Program-made: the position numbers and the translations under genes
Notes under the pieces: model-generated
What the model was told of the DNA's origin: nothing
Database searches by the model: none
The model's input: only the letters and a program-made list of their open reading frames with translations
Shown here: piece by piece, positions 35,591 to 47,900 of the stretch
How the letters are laid out: each line of letters begins with the position of its first letter
Numbering within the stretch: the first letter of the stretch is position 1
From: Macrostomum lignano
Lineage: Eukaryota
Assembly (NCBI GenBank): GCA_002269645.1
Contig: NIVC01000650.1
Coordinates: 340,996 to 404,995, forward strand
Direction of reading: 5' to 3'
Length of the DNA stretch: 64,000 bases

Positions 35591-36009
35591 CTGCTAGTTG
35601 ACACGGCTGGTTTAGCATGCCAGAAGTAGAAATAATAGTTTACTTACCGTACCGATATCGATCCCAGTGAATGTATATTGTTGTATTAGGTCTTGTTAAT
35701 AATAACACAAACACTGACAGCGTTAATCAATATAATTGAACAATATAACACGAAAGCAATTTATTTAAGTCAGCTGCATTCTTAGTTCGGGGCTCAGATC
35801 ATTCAAGGTGCCACACTCGGTGACTTTAATAAGTTTTATAAAAACATTGCTGAAATACACACAAACCCCGGCCTGTTTTTTGGCAAGTTTTTCTATTTCT
35901 ATAATGTCAGGACTCGATGGTTTGGCTTTCTTTCTGTATTTTTGTGCCAGTATATTTTAGATACAGTTTGTGGAAAAGTCTGCTTGTGTCAGTTTGTCAG
36001 GGAGTGTCA

Positions 36010-37425
36010 CATGCAGTGTCAATCTGTTACAGCCAGTGTCAGTCAGAATCAGCCAGTGTCCGTCTGTTACAGCCAGTGTCAGTCTGTTACAGCCAGAGTC
36101 AGTCTGTTACAGCCATTGTCAGTCAGTGTCAGTCTGTTACCGCCAGAGTCAGTCTGTTACAGCCAGAGTCAGTCTGTTACAGCCAGAGTCAGTCTGTTAC
36201 AGCCAGAGTCAGTCTGTTACAGCCAGTGTCAGTCCGTTACAGCCAGTGTCAGTCAGTTACAGTCAATGTCAGTCCGTTACAGCCAGAGTCAGTTAGTTAC
36301 AGCCAGTGTCAGTCTGTTACAGCCATTGTCAGTCAGTGTCAGTCTGTTACAGCCAGTGTCAGTCTGTTACAGCCAGTGTCAGTCTGTTACATCCAGAGTC
36401 AGTCTATTAAAGTCAGAGTCAGTCTGTTACAGCCAGTGTCAGTCTGTTACATCCAGAGTCAGTCTATTAAAGTCAGAGTCAGTCTGTTACAGCCAGTGTC
36501 AGTCTGTTACAGCCATTGTCAGTCAGTGTCAGTCTGTTACAGCCAGAGTCAGTCTGTTACATCCAGAGTCAGTCTATTACAGCCAGTGTCAGTCTGTTAC
36601 AGCCAGTGTCAGTCTGTTACAGCCAGTGTCAATCTGTTACAGCCAGAGTCAGTCTGTTACAGCCAGAGTCAGTCTGTTACAGCCAGTGTCAGTCCGTTAC
36701 AGCCAGTGTCAGTCAGTTACAGTCAATGTCAGTCCGTTACAGCCAGAGTCAGTTAGTTACAGCCAGTGTCAGTCTGTTACAGCCATTGTCAGTCAGTGTC
36801 AGTCTGTTACAGCCAGTGTCAGTCTGTTACATCCAGAGTCAGTCTATTAAAGTCAGAGTCAGTCTGTTACAGCCAGTGTCAGTCTGTTACATCCAGAGTC
36901 AGTCTATTAAAGTCAGAGTCAGTCTGTTACAGCCAGTGTCAGTCTGTTACAGCCATTGTCAGTCAGTGTCAGTCTGTTACAGCCAGAGTCAGTCTGTTAC
37001 ATCCAGAGTCAGTCTATTACAGCCAGTGTCAGTCTGTTACAGCCAGTGTCAGTCTGTTACAGCCAGTGTCAGTCTGTTACAGCCAGTGTCAGTCTGTTAC
37101 CGCCAGAGTCAGTCTGTTACAGTCAGTGTCAGTCTGTTACAGCCAGTGTCAGTCTGTTACAGTCAGTGTCAGTCTGTTACCGCCAGAGTCAGTCTGTTAC
37201 ATCCAGAGTCAGTCTGTTACAGTCAGAGTCAGTCAGTTACAGCCAGTGTCAGTCTGTTACACTCAGTGTCAGTCTGTTACAGCCAGTGTCAGTCTGTTAC
37301 AGTCAGTGTCAGTCTGTTACCGCCAGAGTCAGTCTGTTACATCCAGAGTCAGTCTGTTACAGTCAGAGTCAGTCTGTTACAGCCAGAGTCAGTCAGTTAC
37401 AGCCAGTGTCAGTCAGAGCCAGCCA
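36010..37425. repeat. Minisatellite, 20-bp unit (AGTCTGTTACAGCCAGTGTC), ~70 copies
   Basis: Tandem units ending just upstream of cyclin H. Confidence 0.97.
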
Positions 37426-37482
37426 GTGTCACAACAGCTGACCCGTCACATGCCCGCAGCCCCAGCTCAAACAGCATCGCCC

Positions 37483-38403
37483 ATGTTCAGCACGAGCAGT
37501 CAGAAGCGGCGGTGGCTTTTCGAGTCGCCAGACGAGCTGGATCAGCTGCGGCAGGACTGCCACACCCGAGCAGTGCGCGACTTCGCCCACAGACACCAGC
37601 TGTCTCCGGCTGACGCAGAGGCGCAGGCCCTCACCCAGGCGGAGGCCAACCTTCTAGTTAGTCAGTACGCCACTGTCCTTGTCAACACCTGTCGATCATT
37701 CAAGCCCGACCTGCCGCCTACTGTCACCGCCACTGCCGTTCATTATTTTCGCCGATTCTACCTGCTCCACTCACCCATGGAGGTGCACCCCAGAGATGTA
37801 CTTTTCACCTGCCTGTACCTGGCCTGCAAAGTGGACGAGTTCAGCCTCTCGATCGGTCAGTTTGCTGAGAATATTCCTAGAAACAAAGAGAAATACGTTG
37901 ACCTTATACTCAACTCGGAGCTGTATCTGATCGATAAGCTGGGCTTCGACCTGATTGTACACGCTCCATTTCGTCCGCTGGAAGGCCTGCTACTAAAAGC
38001 AGCAGCCGCCCTGCCCGGCTCCATCGATTTGCTCGGTCGCAAAGCCGTGGATTTTGTAATTCTATCCTTGACCTCTGATGCGGCGTTTCTGTTCCCGCCT
38101 GCTCAGATCGCTCTGGCCGCGTTTGTTGACTCGGCCGAAGGTCTGGGCCTGGACGCTGGCCAGTTTGTGCTCGGCCAGCTGTGCGACGGCGATGCCGGCT
38201 CCAGCAGCAAGCTGATGACCAGAATTCGCCAGCTGCTTCGGGATTTCCCCGTTGCCGAGGGCGGCGGAGGTGGCGCTTCGGAAGCCCTGCGGCTCATCGA
38301 CCGGAAGTTGGCCGTGTGCCGGGACCCCGCTGGTGATCCGGACTCGCAGCTGTTCAAGGACCGGCGGGCTCGGATTCAGGAGGATGCTGGCAGATTTCTG
38401 TAG
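37483..38403 (+). CDS. CCNH: Cyclin H (CAK/TFIIH subunit), intronless, 306 aa
   Basis: MFSTSSQKRRWLF N-terminus; cyclin box FKPDLPPTVTATAVHYFRRFYL..SPMEVHPRDVLFTCLYLACKVDEF; LIVHAPFRPLEG; FLFPPAQIALAA. An in-frame ATG at 37450 would add 11 aa. Confidence 0.96.
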   Translation: MFSTSSQKRRWLFESPDELDQLRQDCHTRAVRDFAHRHQLSPADAEAQALTQAEANLLVSQYATVLVNTCRSFKPDLPPTVTATAVHYFRRFYLLHSPMEVHPRDVLFTCLYLACKVDEFSLSIGQFAENIPRNKEKYVDLILNSELYLIDKLGFDLIVHAPFRPLEGLLLKAAAALPGSIDLLGRKAVDFVILSLTSDAAFLFPPAQIALAAFVDSAEGLGLDAGQFVLGQLCDGDAGSSSKLMTRIRQLLRDFPVAEGGGGGASEALRLIDRKLAVCRDPAGDPDSQLFKDRRARIQEDAGRFL

Positions 38404-38464
38404 CTCGGGGACTCTTTAAGCTCTTTTCGAATTTCCATTCTGAATATTATGATTTTCAACCCCA

Positions 38465-39200
38465 AACTAATGATTTCCGATTTCCACCCTGAAGCTTATG
38501 ATTTCCATCCGGAAGTTGATTACTTCCATCCTGAAGCTGATGATTTCCATCCTGAAGCTGATGATTTCCATCCTAAAGCTGATGATTTCCATCCTGAAGC
38601 TCATGATTTCCATCCTGAAGCTCATGATTTCCATCCTGAAGCTCATGATTTCCATCCTGAAGCTCATGATTTCCATTCTGAAGCTCATGATTTCCATCCT
38701 GAAGCTCATGATTTCCATCCTGAATCTCATGATTTCCATCCTGAAGCTCATGATTTCCATCCTGAATCTCATGATTTCCATCCTGAAGCTGATGATTTCT
38801 ATCCTTAAGCTCATGGATTTCCATCCTGAATATAATGATTTCCATCCTGAAGCTATGATTTCCATCCTGAAGCTATGATTTCCATCCGGAAGTTGATTAT
38901 TTCCACCCTGAAGCTCATGATTTCCATCCTCAAGCTTATGATTTTCATCCTGAAGCTTATGATTTCCATCCGGAAGTTGATTACTTCCATCCTGAAGCTA
39001 TGATTTCCATCCTGAAGCTATGATTTCCATCCTGAAGCTAATGATTTCCATCCTGAAGCTATGATTTCCATCCTGAAGCTATGATTTCCATCCTGAAGCT
39101 ATGATTTCCATCCTGAAGCTATGATTTCCATCCTGAAGCTATGATTTCCATCCTGAAGCTATGATTTCCATCCTGAAGCTATAATTTCCATCCTGAAGCT
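38465..39200. repeat. Minisatellite, 21/20-bp unit (TGATTTCCATCCTGAAGCTCA)
   Basis: Tandem units right after the cyclin H stop. Confidence 0.95.
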
Positions 39201-39884
39201 GATTTTCTTTAGCCTGAACCTCATGATTTCCATCTTGACCTGAACCTGATGATTTCCATCTTGACCTGAACCTGATGATTTCCATTCTGAATCTGAATTA
39301 CAATCACAAATCAATAAGTTCCACTCTGAAGCAAAATTTTCTATCCGTAAACTTTTTAAGTCCCAATTTCATGACAGACTTTCCTATCTGCCCAGAAATA
39401 AACTGAAAAACGGGGCATTTCTAAACCGATTGTTGATAACTATAGTCCATATTGTTAACCCAATTGAATTTTGTACTCTCTATGCAATACCTGAATAACC
39501 TTTTTTAACTTCCTTTAAAAGTGTGCCAGAATATGTTTGCTTCATTTTTCGCGTGTATCGACAGTCAGTTGTCATTATCTGAAGTCTTTCTTATGCAGCC
39601 AGCATTTTTGTGTGAGTGACAGTCAAATACTTTAGTAATATAGAATCGATACGGATAATCTAGGGTATCTTTTCCCATTAGCTGGACCGTGCTTAATAGC
39701 TTGTCGGTTTAATATTACTTGGTTAACATAAAATTACTGACAACTTATGTAATGCAGTTGTTTGTTCTGTGTGCGACTAAATAAATAATAAATATACATA
39801 TTTATTTATTTATTCATAAACGCATATATATACCATGCTTTTGATTGTTTTTGGTTCCTTTCGTTAGATTCAGACAGGGTAGAG

Positions 39885-41325
39885 GGCGGATTAGGATAGA
39901 GTAGAGGGTGGATTAGGATATTATAGTAGAGGGTGGATTGGGATAGAGTAGAGGGTGGATTAGGATAGAGTAGAGGGTGGATTGGGATAGAGTAGTGGGT
40001 GGATTAGGATAGAGTAGAGGGTGGATTAGGATAGAGTAGAGGGTGGATTGGGATAGAGTAGAGGGTGGATTAGGATAGAGTAGAGGGTGGATTAGGATAG
40101 AGTAGTGGGTGGATTAGGATAGAGTAGAGGGTGGATTAGGATAGAGTAGTGGGTGGATTAGGATAGAGTAGAGGGTGGATTAGGATAGAGTAGAGGGTGG
40201 ATTGGGATAGAGTAGAGGGTGGATTAGGATATTATAGTAGAGGGTGGATTAGGATAGAGTAGAGGGTGGATTTGGATAGAGTAGAGGGTGGATTAGGATA
40301 GAGTAGAGGGTGGATTAAGATAGAGTAGTGGGTGGATTAGGATAGAGTAGTAGGTGGATTAAGATAGAGTAGTGGGTGGATTAGGATAGAGTAGTAGGTG
40401 GATTAAGATAGAGTAGTAGGTGGATTAAGATAGAGTAGTAGGTGGATTAGGATAGAGTAGTAGGTGGATTAAGATAGAGTAGTGGGTGGATTAGGATAGA
40501 GTAGTAGGTGGATTAAGATAGAGTAGTAGGTGGATTAAGATAGAGTAGTAGGTGGATTAAGATAGAGTAGTGGGTGGATTAGGATATTATAGTAGAGGGT
40601 GGATTGGGATAGAGTAGAGGGTGGATTAGGATAGAGTAGAGGGTGGATTGGGATAGAGTAGAGGGTGGATTAGGATAGAGTAGAGGGTGGATTTGGATAG
40701 AGTAGAGGGTGGATTAGGATAGAGTAGAGGGTGGATTAAGATAGAGTAGTGGGTGGATTAGGATAGAGTAGTAGGTGGATTAAGATAGAGTAGTGGGTGG
40801 ATTAGGATAGAGTAGTAGGTGGATTAAGATAGAGTAGTAGGTGGATTAAGATAGAGTAGTAGGTGGATTAGGATAGAGTAGTAGGTGGATTAAGATAGAG
40901 TAGTGGGTGGATTAGGATAGAGTAGTAGGTGGATTAAGATAGAGTAGTAGGTGGATTAAGATAGAGTAGTAGGTGGATTAAGATAGAGTAGTGGGTGGAT
41001 TAGGATATTATAGTAGAGGGTGGATTGGGATAGAGTAGAGGGTGGATTAGGATAGAGTAGAGGGTGGATTGGGATAGAGTAGAGGGTGGATTAGGATAGA
41101 GTAGAGGGTGGATTAGGATAGAGTAGAGGGTGGATTAGGATAGAGTAGAGGGTGGATTAGGATAGAGTAGAGGGTGGATTAGGATAGAGTAGAGGGTGGA
41201 TTAAGATAGAGTAAGGGTGGATTAGAACGGTAGAGGGTGGATTAAAATAGAGTAAGGGTGGATTAGAACGGTAGAGGGCGAAGTAGAATAGGGTAGAGGG
41301 CGGATTAGAACGGTAGAGGGCGGAA
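39885..41325. repeat. G-rich minisatellite, 22-bp unit (GGGTGGATTAGGATAGAGTAGA), ~60 copies
   Basis: Tandem units with block-level duplication, ending at the MTIF3 start codon. Confidence 0.96.
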
Positions 41326-41339
41326 TAAGACAATGTAGA

Positions 41340-43117
41340 ATGGGAGAGCAGCGCAGCCCCCTAGCTCCCAGTCCCAATGGCTCACCGCAGCAGTCTCGCG
41401 CTCTGCCAGCCGTTTACCAGTCGGTTGTAGCGACTCTCCGCTGCTGTAGAAATGCATCGGCGGCGCTGCCAACCGCTTCTTCTTCGCTAGCCGGCCGCAT
41501 ACGAAGCTTCAGCAGCTCAGGAAGCGTCGGCGGCGGCAAGCGAGGCGGAACCTCCCGGCAGCAGCAGCACAGCCGCACCGAACTGGAATTGGCCGCTTCT
41601 CACGATCTTCGTCGACCGGTTCGTCTGCTGGGCATCTCCGGTGAGAGCCTCGGCGTGTGCCGCCTGGATCAGGCTCGAACCCGGGCGGCCGAGAGCGGTG
41701 CCAGGCTGCGTCTGGTTCCGGAGAAGTCCGGAGCCGATTCGGCTGGCGATGAAAACTCGCTGCCGATCTATCGCATGGTGACGGAGGCGGCCAATTTTGG
41801 CGACGAAGAGTAAGTGGTCTGGTCTGGGAGGGGCCTTCAAAGAGTGCCCGTAACGGCCTTCAAGGCTGTCCTTAACGGCCTAACAAAATGTGTCCTTAAT
41901 GACCTTCAAAGAGTGCCCTTAACGGCATTCAAAGACTGTCCTTAACGGCCTTCAAAGACTTCCTTAACGGCATTCAAAGACTGTCCTTAACGGCATTCAA
42001 AGACTGTCCTTAACGGCATTCAAAGACTGTCCTTAACGGCATTCAAAGACTGTCCTTAACGGCATTCAAAGACTGTCCTTAACGGCATTCAAAGACTGTC
42101 CTTAACGGCATTCAAAGACTGTCCTTAACGGCCTTCAAAGACTTCCTTAACGGCATTCAAAGACTGTCCTTAACGGCATTCAAAGACTGTCCTTAACGGC
42201 CTTCAAAGACTTCCTTAACGGCCTTCAAAGACTATCCTTAGCGGTCTTCAAAAGTGTCCTTAACGGTCTTCAAAAAGTGTCCTTAACGGCCTTTAAAGAC
42301 TGTCCTTAATGGCATTCAAAGACTATCCTTAACGGTCTTCAAAAATCGTCTTTAACGACCTTCAAGGACTATCCTTAACGGCCTTTAAAGAGTGCCCTTA
42401 ACGGCCTTCAAAGACTGTCCTTAACGGCCTTCAAGGACTGTCCTTATCGGCCTTCAAACGTTGCTTAAGGACCTTTAGGACTGTTGTTGACTGCCTACTA
42501 GTCTTTCTTAACGACCGTCAAAGACCCTTCCTAATGTTCTTTAAAACCGGCGCAGATAACAGCATTCCAGCAGATAACAGCATGTCAACATTTTGTAAAA
42601 TATAGCCTTCAAAAGTAAACCTCTGTCCTTCAAAATCGTATTTAAGTCCTTCTTGAGGACTGAGACCGTCTTCGATTGATTTTTGCGTCCATTTTCTGAC
42701 AATTCCCTTGAACTGAGAGTAGGTTTTATTCTCAGCCCGCAGAAGCTTCGCCAAAAACGCCGCCAGCAGCAGCAGAAGCCGCCGCCCGAGATTCGAATCT
42801 CGGAGCGAATCGATCCGCACATGCTGTCGGTTAAACTGCAGCAGACTCGTCGCTTGCTAGACAATCAACAACGTCGACGAGTTGAAGACGGCGTCAACGT
42901 CAGCGGAGTCCGTCTGATGATCAGCGCCGATCGCAGAAAGTCTGGCGGTCAGGCGGCTCTGGAATCTCTGGTCAGTAGGATTTCAGCCGAACTGATGAAG
43001 CCAAGCGATGGAAGCGGCGGAGGCGACTTGGAATCTGGACTGCAGCTGCGGCTGACTGTGACCGGACAGGCCACGGCCGAGTCTGTTGTATGTCTAGTCA
43101 CCTTGGCCACAGCTTAG
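41340..43117 (+). CDS. MTIF3: Mitochondrial translation initiation factor IF-3, 283 aa, 2 exons
   Basis: Exons 41340-41809 and 42736-43117 join in phase 2. Arg/Ser-rich transit-like N-terminus; IF3-N motif PVRLLGISGESLGV..LRLV..PIYRM; IF3-C motif EIRISERIDPHMLSVKLQQTRRLL. Start codon uncertain. Confidence 0.75.
41830..42470. repeat. Intronic minisatellite, 23-bp unit (CCTTAACGGCATTCAAAGACTGT)
   Basis: Fills most of the MTIF3 intron. Confidence 0.94.
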
Positions 43118-43199
43118 GACAGCTCGGTCGGTACAGATGGGTTCGAGAAGAGGCAAACAGTATAGATGGACAAATGGAGAAAGCTAGAGATCGTAAATA

Positions 43200-43830
43200 G
43201 AAGTTAAAAATAAAGGACGCTAAAAATAAAGGAGAGAAGACTGGATGAAGAGAGGTAGATAGAGGGGGTAAGAGATGTAAATAGAAGAGAGGAGTAGTTA
43301 TATGGGAAGAGAGTTAGATAGAGAAAAAGAGAAGTAGATAGAGGCGAAGAGAGGTAGTTACAAGCGAAGAGAGGTCGATAGAGGCGAAGAGAAGTAGATA
43401 AAGGCGAAGAGAAGTAGATAAAGGCGAAGAAAGGTAGATAGAGGCGAAGAGAGGTAGATAGAGGCGAAAAGCGGTAGATAGAGGCGATGAGAAGTAGATA
43501 CAGGGGAAGAGAGGTGGTTAGAGAGGAAGATGTAGGGGAAGAGAGTTAGATAAAGAGGAGAGAGCCGAGAGGTAAATATAGGCGAAGAGAGGTAGATACT
43601 GCAGAGGGAAGAGGTAGATAAAGAGGAAGAGAGGTAGATACAGGCGAAGAGAAGTAAAGGGGAAGAGAGGTAGATATAGGCGAAGAGAAGTAGATAGTAA
43701 GTAAGAGAGATAGATAGAGAGGAATAGAAGTAGATAGAGGGTAAGAGAAGTAGATAAAGGCGAAGAGAAGTAGATAGGGTAAGAAAGGTAGAAAGAAGAG
43801 AATTAGAGGTAGTTACATAGGAAGAGAAGT
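43200..43830. repeat. Purine-rich degenerate ~20-bp repeat (GAGGCGAAGAGAGGTAGATA)
   Basis: Imperfect tandem units. Confidence 0.85.
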
Positions 43831-44477
43831 AAAGAGTTAACTCTCTCTCTCTACTATGAAAAGCGAGGGCTAAGATATGCGCTCTTTATTTGTAAACTGT
43901 TGACTGAAACGTCATTGTAGATGGCAAAAACGCCAAGCGCTTAAGTCCCTCCGCACTCCCTCTATCCTTGAGTGTTTTGTCTTTCTATCATTGCGGCTAT
44001 AAATTGCATGTAAGATGCCGTTTTGCCGCGCGTGTCATTTTAATTTTCAATATCATGCTTCCAATGTTTGTGCTGTTACTAAACAAATAAATGCTTGCGA
44101 TACTGATTAGACAAACATAAACGTAGGTTGCTCAACTCAAACACCATAAAATGGTATATAATGAGTCCTCTAATTTATTTGAGTTAATTAGTGCGTTGAA
44201 CTAAGACTATAGGCAAGCGGTTGGAGGTAAAGTGTATTAAGCAGCATGCTAGTCTAATTATTTATCAATAAGGCAATGGGGTGCAAGGTAGATAAAAAAA
44301 TGTCCATTTGTATTACAGTTTGTCTTGTGAAATCGTATACTCGTAGTATATGTCACGTGAATTAAGTTCGTGTCGTTTCATTTCAAGCTTGATGAATGCG
44401 CGACTTGTGAGGAGTTCAGTTCTGCGGATAAATCTAAGTTTGGATGCTAAAACCCAATTCTCATTCCAATACATGTA

Positions 44478-44860
44478 GCTGATCCCAGATCCAATCCCAA
44501 CTCTGATCCCAGATCCCCAATCCCAACTCTGATCCCAGATCCCCAATCCCAACTCTGATCCCAGATCCCTAATCTCAACTCTGATCCTAGATCCCCAATC
44601 CCAACTCTGATTGCAGATCCCCAATCCCAACTCTGATCCCAGATCCCCAATCCCAACTCTGATCCCAGATCCCCAATCCCAACTCTGATCCCAGATCCCC
44701 AATCCCAACTCTGATCCCAGATCCCCAATCCCAACTCTGATCCCAGATCCCCAATCCCAACTCTGATCCCAGATCCCCAATCCTAACTTTGATCCCAGAT
44801 CCCCAATCCTAACTTTGATTCCAGATTCCCAATCCCAACTCTGATCCCAGATCCCCAATC
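44478..44860. repeat. Minisatellite, 26-bp unit (GATCCCAGATCCCCAATCCCAACTCT)
   Basis: About 14 tandem copies. Confidence 0.95.
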
Positions 44861-44971
44861 TCCAATTCTCAATTTTTTAATTAATTCGAATGTAAGTCAC
44901 GTTCTAGTTTCAGTTATCCCGGCATCCCAGTTACATTTATCCCAAATTGCAGAAAAGCCCCAATTCCGCGG

Positions 44972-47900
44972 TTACGTCTCGCTGTGGGGCTTTTTACTAG
45001 TCGGATGTTGGACCAGAAAGGCGGGCAGGGCCACTAGGCTCACAGTAATAAACATGATGATGGTCAGGCTGACAAAGATCCAGAAGAAGATTCTGTCCAG
45101 TGCGAATGCGGCCGAACGCCAGTCGTCCGTGAAGTCGACGGTGTTGTTGGCCGTTGTGGCTGCTTCAATGCTCGACTGCTGCTGCAACGGCGCCGGCAGT
45201 TGCGGGCCGCTGCTATTCAATTGCAGCTGCCGCTGCGAGGCCGTCTGGCTGCTGCCGTTAACTGCCGAATTCAGGGCGCACTTGAAGTAGCTGGCCGATG
45301 GTGGCACCTTGTAAGAGTTCAAGTGGAATACGATCGTGCTTCGGTTTGTTGCTATGCAATTTCGTTAAATGTAATAAAGCTACAGAGAAAGGTGATTGTA
45401 GTCAGTGCGGATCGGAACTAAATTTTTCCATTCTTTATCTTTTGCAAACGTCCGAGTGTGTCGAAAACTGAGAGGTTCCAAAGAATCCTTACTCTTCGCC
45501 AAACGGTCTTATTCGATGAGCTGCAGAATGAACTCAACCTTGAACAGACTCATTTGAAGTTATTTGCGCAAACTACTAGAGATTTGCTTCGTGTTGATTC
45601 TTTCCTTGCTACTTGGAAGAGATAAAGAATTCGACCTTGAAGAACTAGAGCTACTCTCGCATCTCCAATATGCGAGACGTCAACTGTAGAAGCGTTTTAA
45701 ATATAAGCTCCTGTTAGTCCATGTGCGAGTTTTGTAGTTTCTGTACACCAGCTATTCGGGCATTTCTGTTTGTCTTTAATGTGCTGATTAGCATGCTACA
45801 AGATCTGAAGATGAAGATTTGGAAAATAATTCGGGATCGCTCTTCGCACAGGGACTAAAAGTTAAGCAGAGTTCGCCACGGTTAGTAGGTGGCACTACAC
45901 TACTAGCATACCAAGCCTTTGGATGCTGTGTTGCAATTCACTTCCTTGGCGGCACGCCTGGCCAACCTTGCTTCTATTTCTATGAATACGTTGCTATACA
46001 CTTCCGATACGTGGTCAAGCAGTTTATACTCATCCTTTCTTTAATCAAAGTTCAATCGCACCTGGCTCATGGTTGGTGCCCAGTTCTGGCGCTGAATTGG
46101 CGAATAGTCATCGGATGCGGCCGTGCAGCTTGCTGGGAAATTATCGCCGTCGGCGGAGTTCAAGCTGGCCGCGTCGAACTGTTCGATCTGGCGCATCCGG
46201 GCGATGCCTCGCCGCAGGCGCAGACTCACCTCCAGCTGGTTTGCGGCCGCTTCTTCGCGCCGGCTCCGCCACTTACGGTGCAGGCGCGCCAATTTGAGCA
46301 CGAAGTCTCCTGGCCTGGCCTGCGCTTCGGAAAAGTAAAAATGCGTCACCGTCACCGCCATGACAACCGCCAGGGCCACCATCAGCATTGTGACGCTGAA
46401 TAAAAGACCTGGATCGGGTAAATTAAGGAATGAGATCGGGATGCAGGCGAGGATGAAGACCAGCAGACAGTGGCGTACGCAGGAATTTCAATGAAAGGGG
46501 CCAGAAACCCTAAAGGGGCGCCAATAATCCAATATTTAGTGTTTTGGTAGGCGCCCCTGTCTCTTGATGGGCGCCCCTGTCTCTTGGTGGTCGCCCCTGT
46601 CTCTTGGTGGTCGCCCCTGTCTCTTGGTGGTCGCCCCTGTCTCTTGGTGGTCGCCCCTGTCTCTTGGTGGTCGCCCCTGTCTCTTGATGGGCGCCCCTGT
46701 CTCTTGGTGGGCGCCCTGTCTCTTGGTGGGCGCCCCTGTCTCTTGGTGGGCGCCCCTGTCTCTTGGTGGTCGCCCCTGTCTCTTGGTGGTCGCCCCTGTC
46801 TCTTGGTGGGCGCCCCTGTCTCTTGGTAGGCGCCCCTGTCTCTTGGTGGGCGCCCCTGTCTCTTGGTGGGCGCCCCTGTCTCTTGGTAGGCGCCCCTGTC
46901 TCTTGGTGGGCGCCCCTGTCTCTTGGTGGGCGCCCCTGTCTCTTGGTAGGCGCCCCTGTCTCTTGGTAGGCGCCCCTGTCTCTCTTAGTGAGCGCCCCTG
47001 TCTCTTGGTGGGCGCCCGTGTCTTGGTGGTCACCCCTGTCTCTTGGTGGTCGCCCCTGTCTCTTGGTGAGCGCCCCTGTTTCTTGGTGGGCGCCCCTGTC
47101 TCTTGGTGGGCGCCCCTGTCTCTTGGTGAGCGCCCCTGTTTCTTGGTGGGCGCCCTAATATTTGGTTAAGAGGCGCGGCCCCCTGCCTTCCCTCTGCGTA
47201 TGCCGCTGTCCGCACGATCCACTAATAACGAGAGTCCTCACCAACTATGGGCACCGCATCCGGAGTTGGCGGCATAGCCTCGCTAACCATGAGCAGGAAC
47301 ACCACCAGAGCCAGCAGCACTGTGATCTCCAGGTTGACTTTCTCGCCGGACTCAATCGGCAGGAAGAAGCCCAGAATTGATACGCAGTAGATGAGCAGGC
47401 AGGGGCAGATGAGGTTGATCACGTAAAACAGGCACCTGCGAAACATGTGGATGTTGAAGTGCACGAGCGGAAACGGCTCGGCACAGCAGGGGTAATTTTT
47501 CTCCTCCAGGTACGGCGTTATGGCCGTCACCATCCACTCCTGGTTACGCTCGATGAAATAAACTTTCTGATTCTCTGGCCCGGTGTGGTTCAGCTTCAGT
47601 CGCTGCCCGTCGTAGGTCCAGGACATCATAGTCATGTTGCAGTCCTGCGTATCGAATGGAAAGTAGCGAACGTCGAGGGTGCAGTAGAGTTTCACCACGA
47701 TGGGAAAAGTCCACATCACACTGCCGGTGGAGGTTACTATGGCGTTGGTGTTGATGTAGTCGGAGTACTCGTCGTTGGCGCTGAGGGTTTGACGGCAGAA
47801 ATGGAATAGCTTCGGAAACGGTAGCAGCAACTGACAAAGCATCTGAGAGGGTGACAGAGCAACTGCGAGGGTGATAGAGCAACTGCGAGGGTGACAGAGC

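Noticed and set aside
36766-37482. 545-aa ORF suggesting a long N-terminal extension on cyclin H
   Set aside because: The extension is satellite translation; the conserved cyclin H N-terminus starts at MFSTSSQKRRW (37483).
39885-41325. TTAGG-containing G-rich array as interstitial telomere
   Set aside because: The unit is a 22-mer minisatellite, not (TTAGGG)n.
42518-42820. Protein-looking antisense ORF in the MTIF3 intron/exon 2 (KGIVRKWTQKSIEDG…)
   Set aside because: No family motif, partly the antisense shadow of MTIF3 exon 2, no supporting start or splice context.
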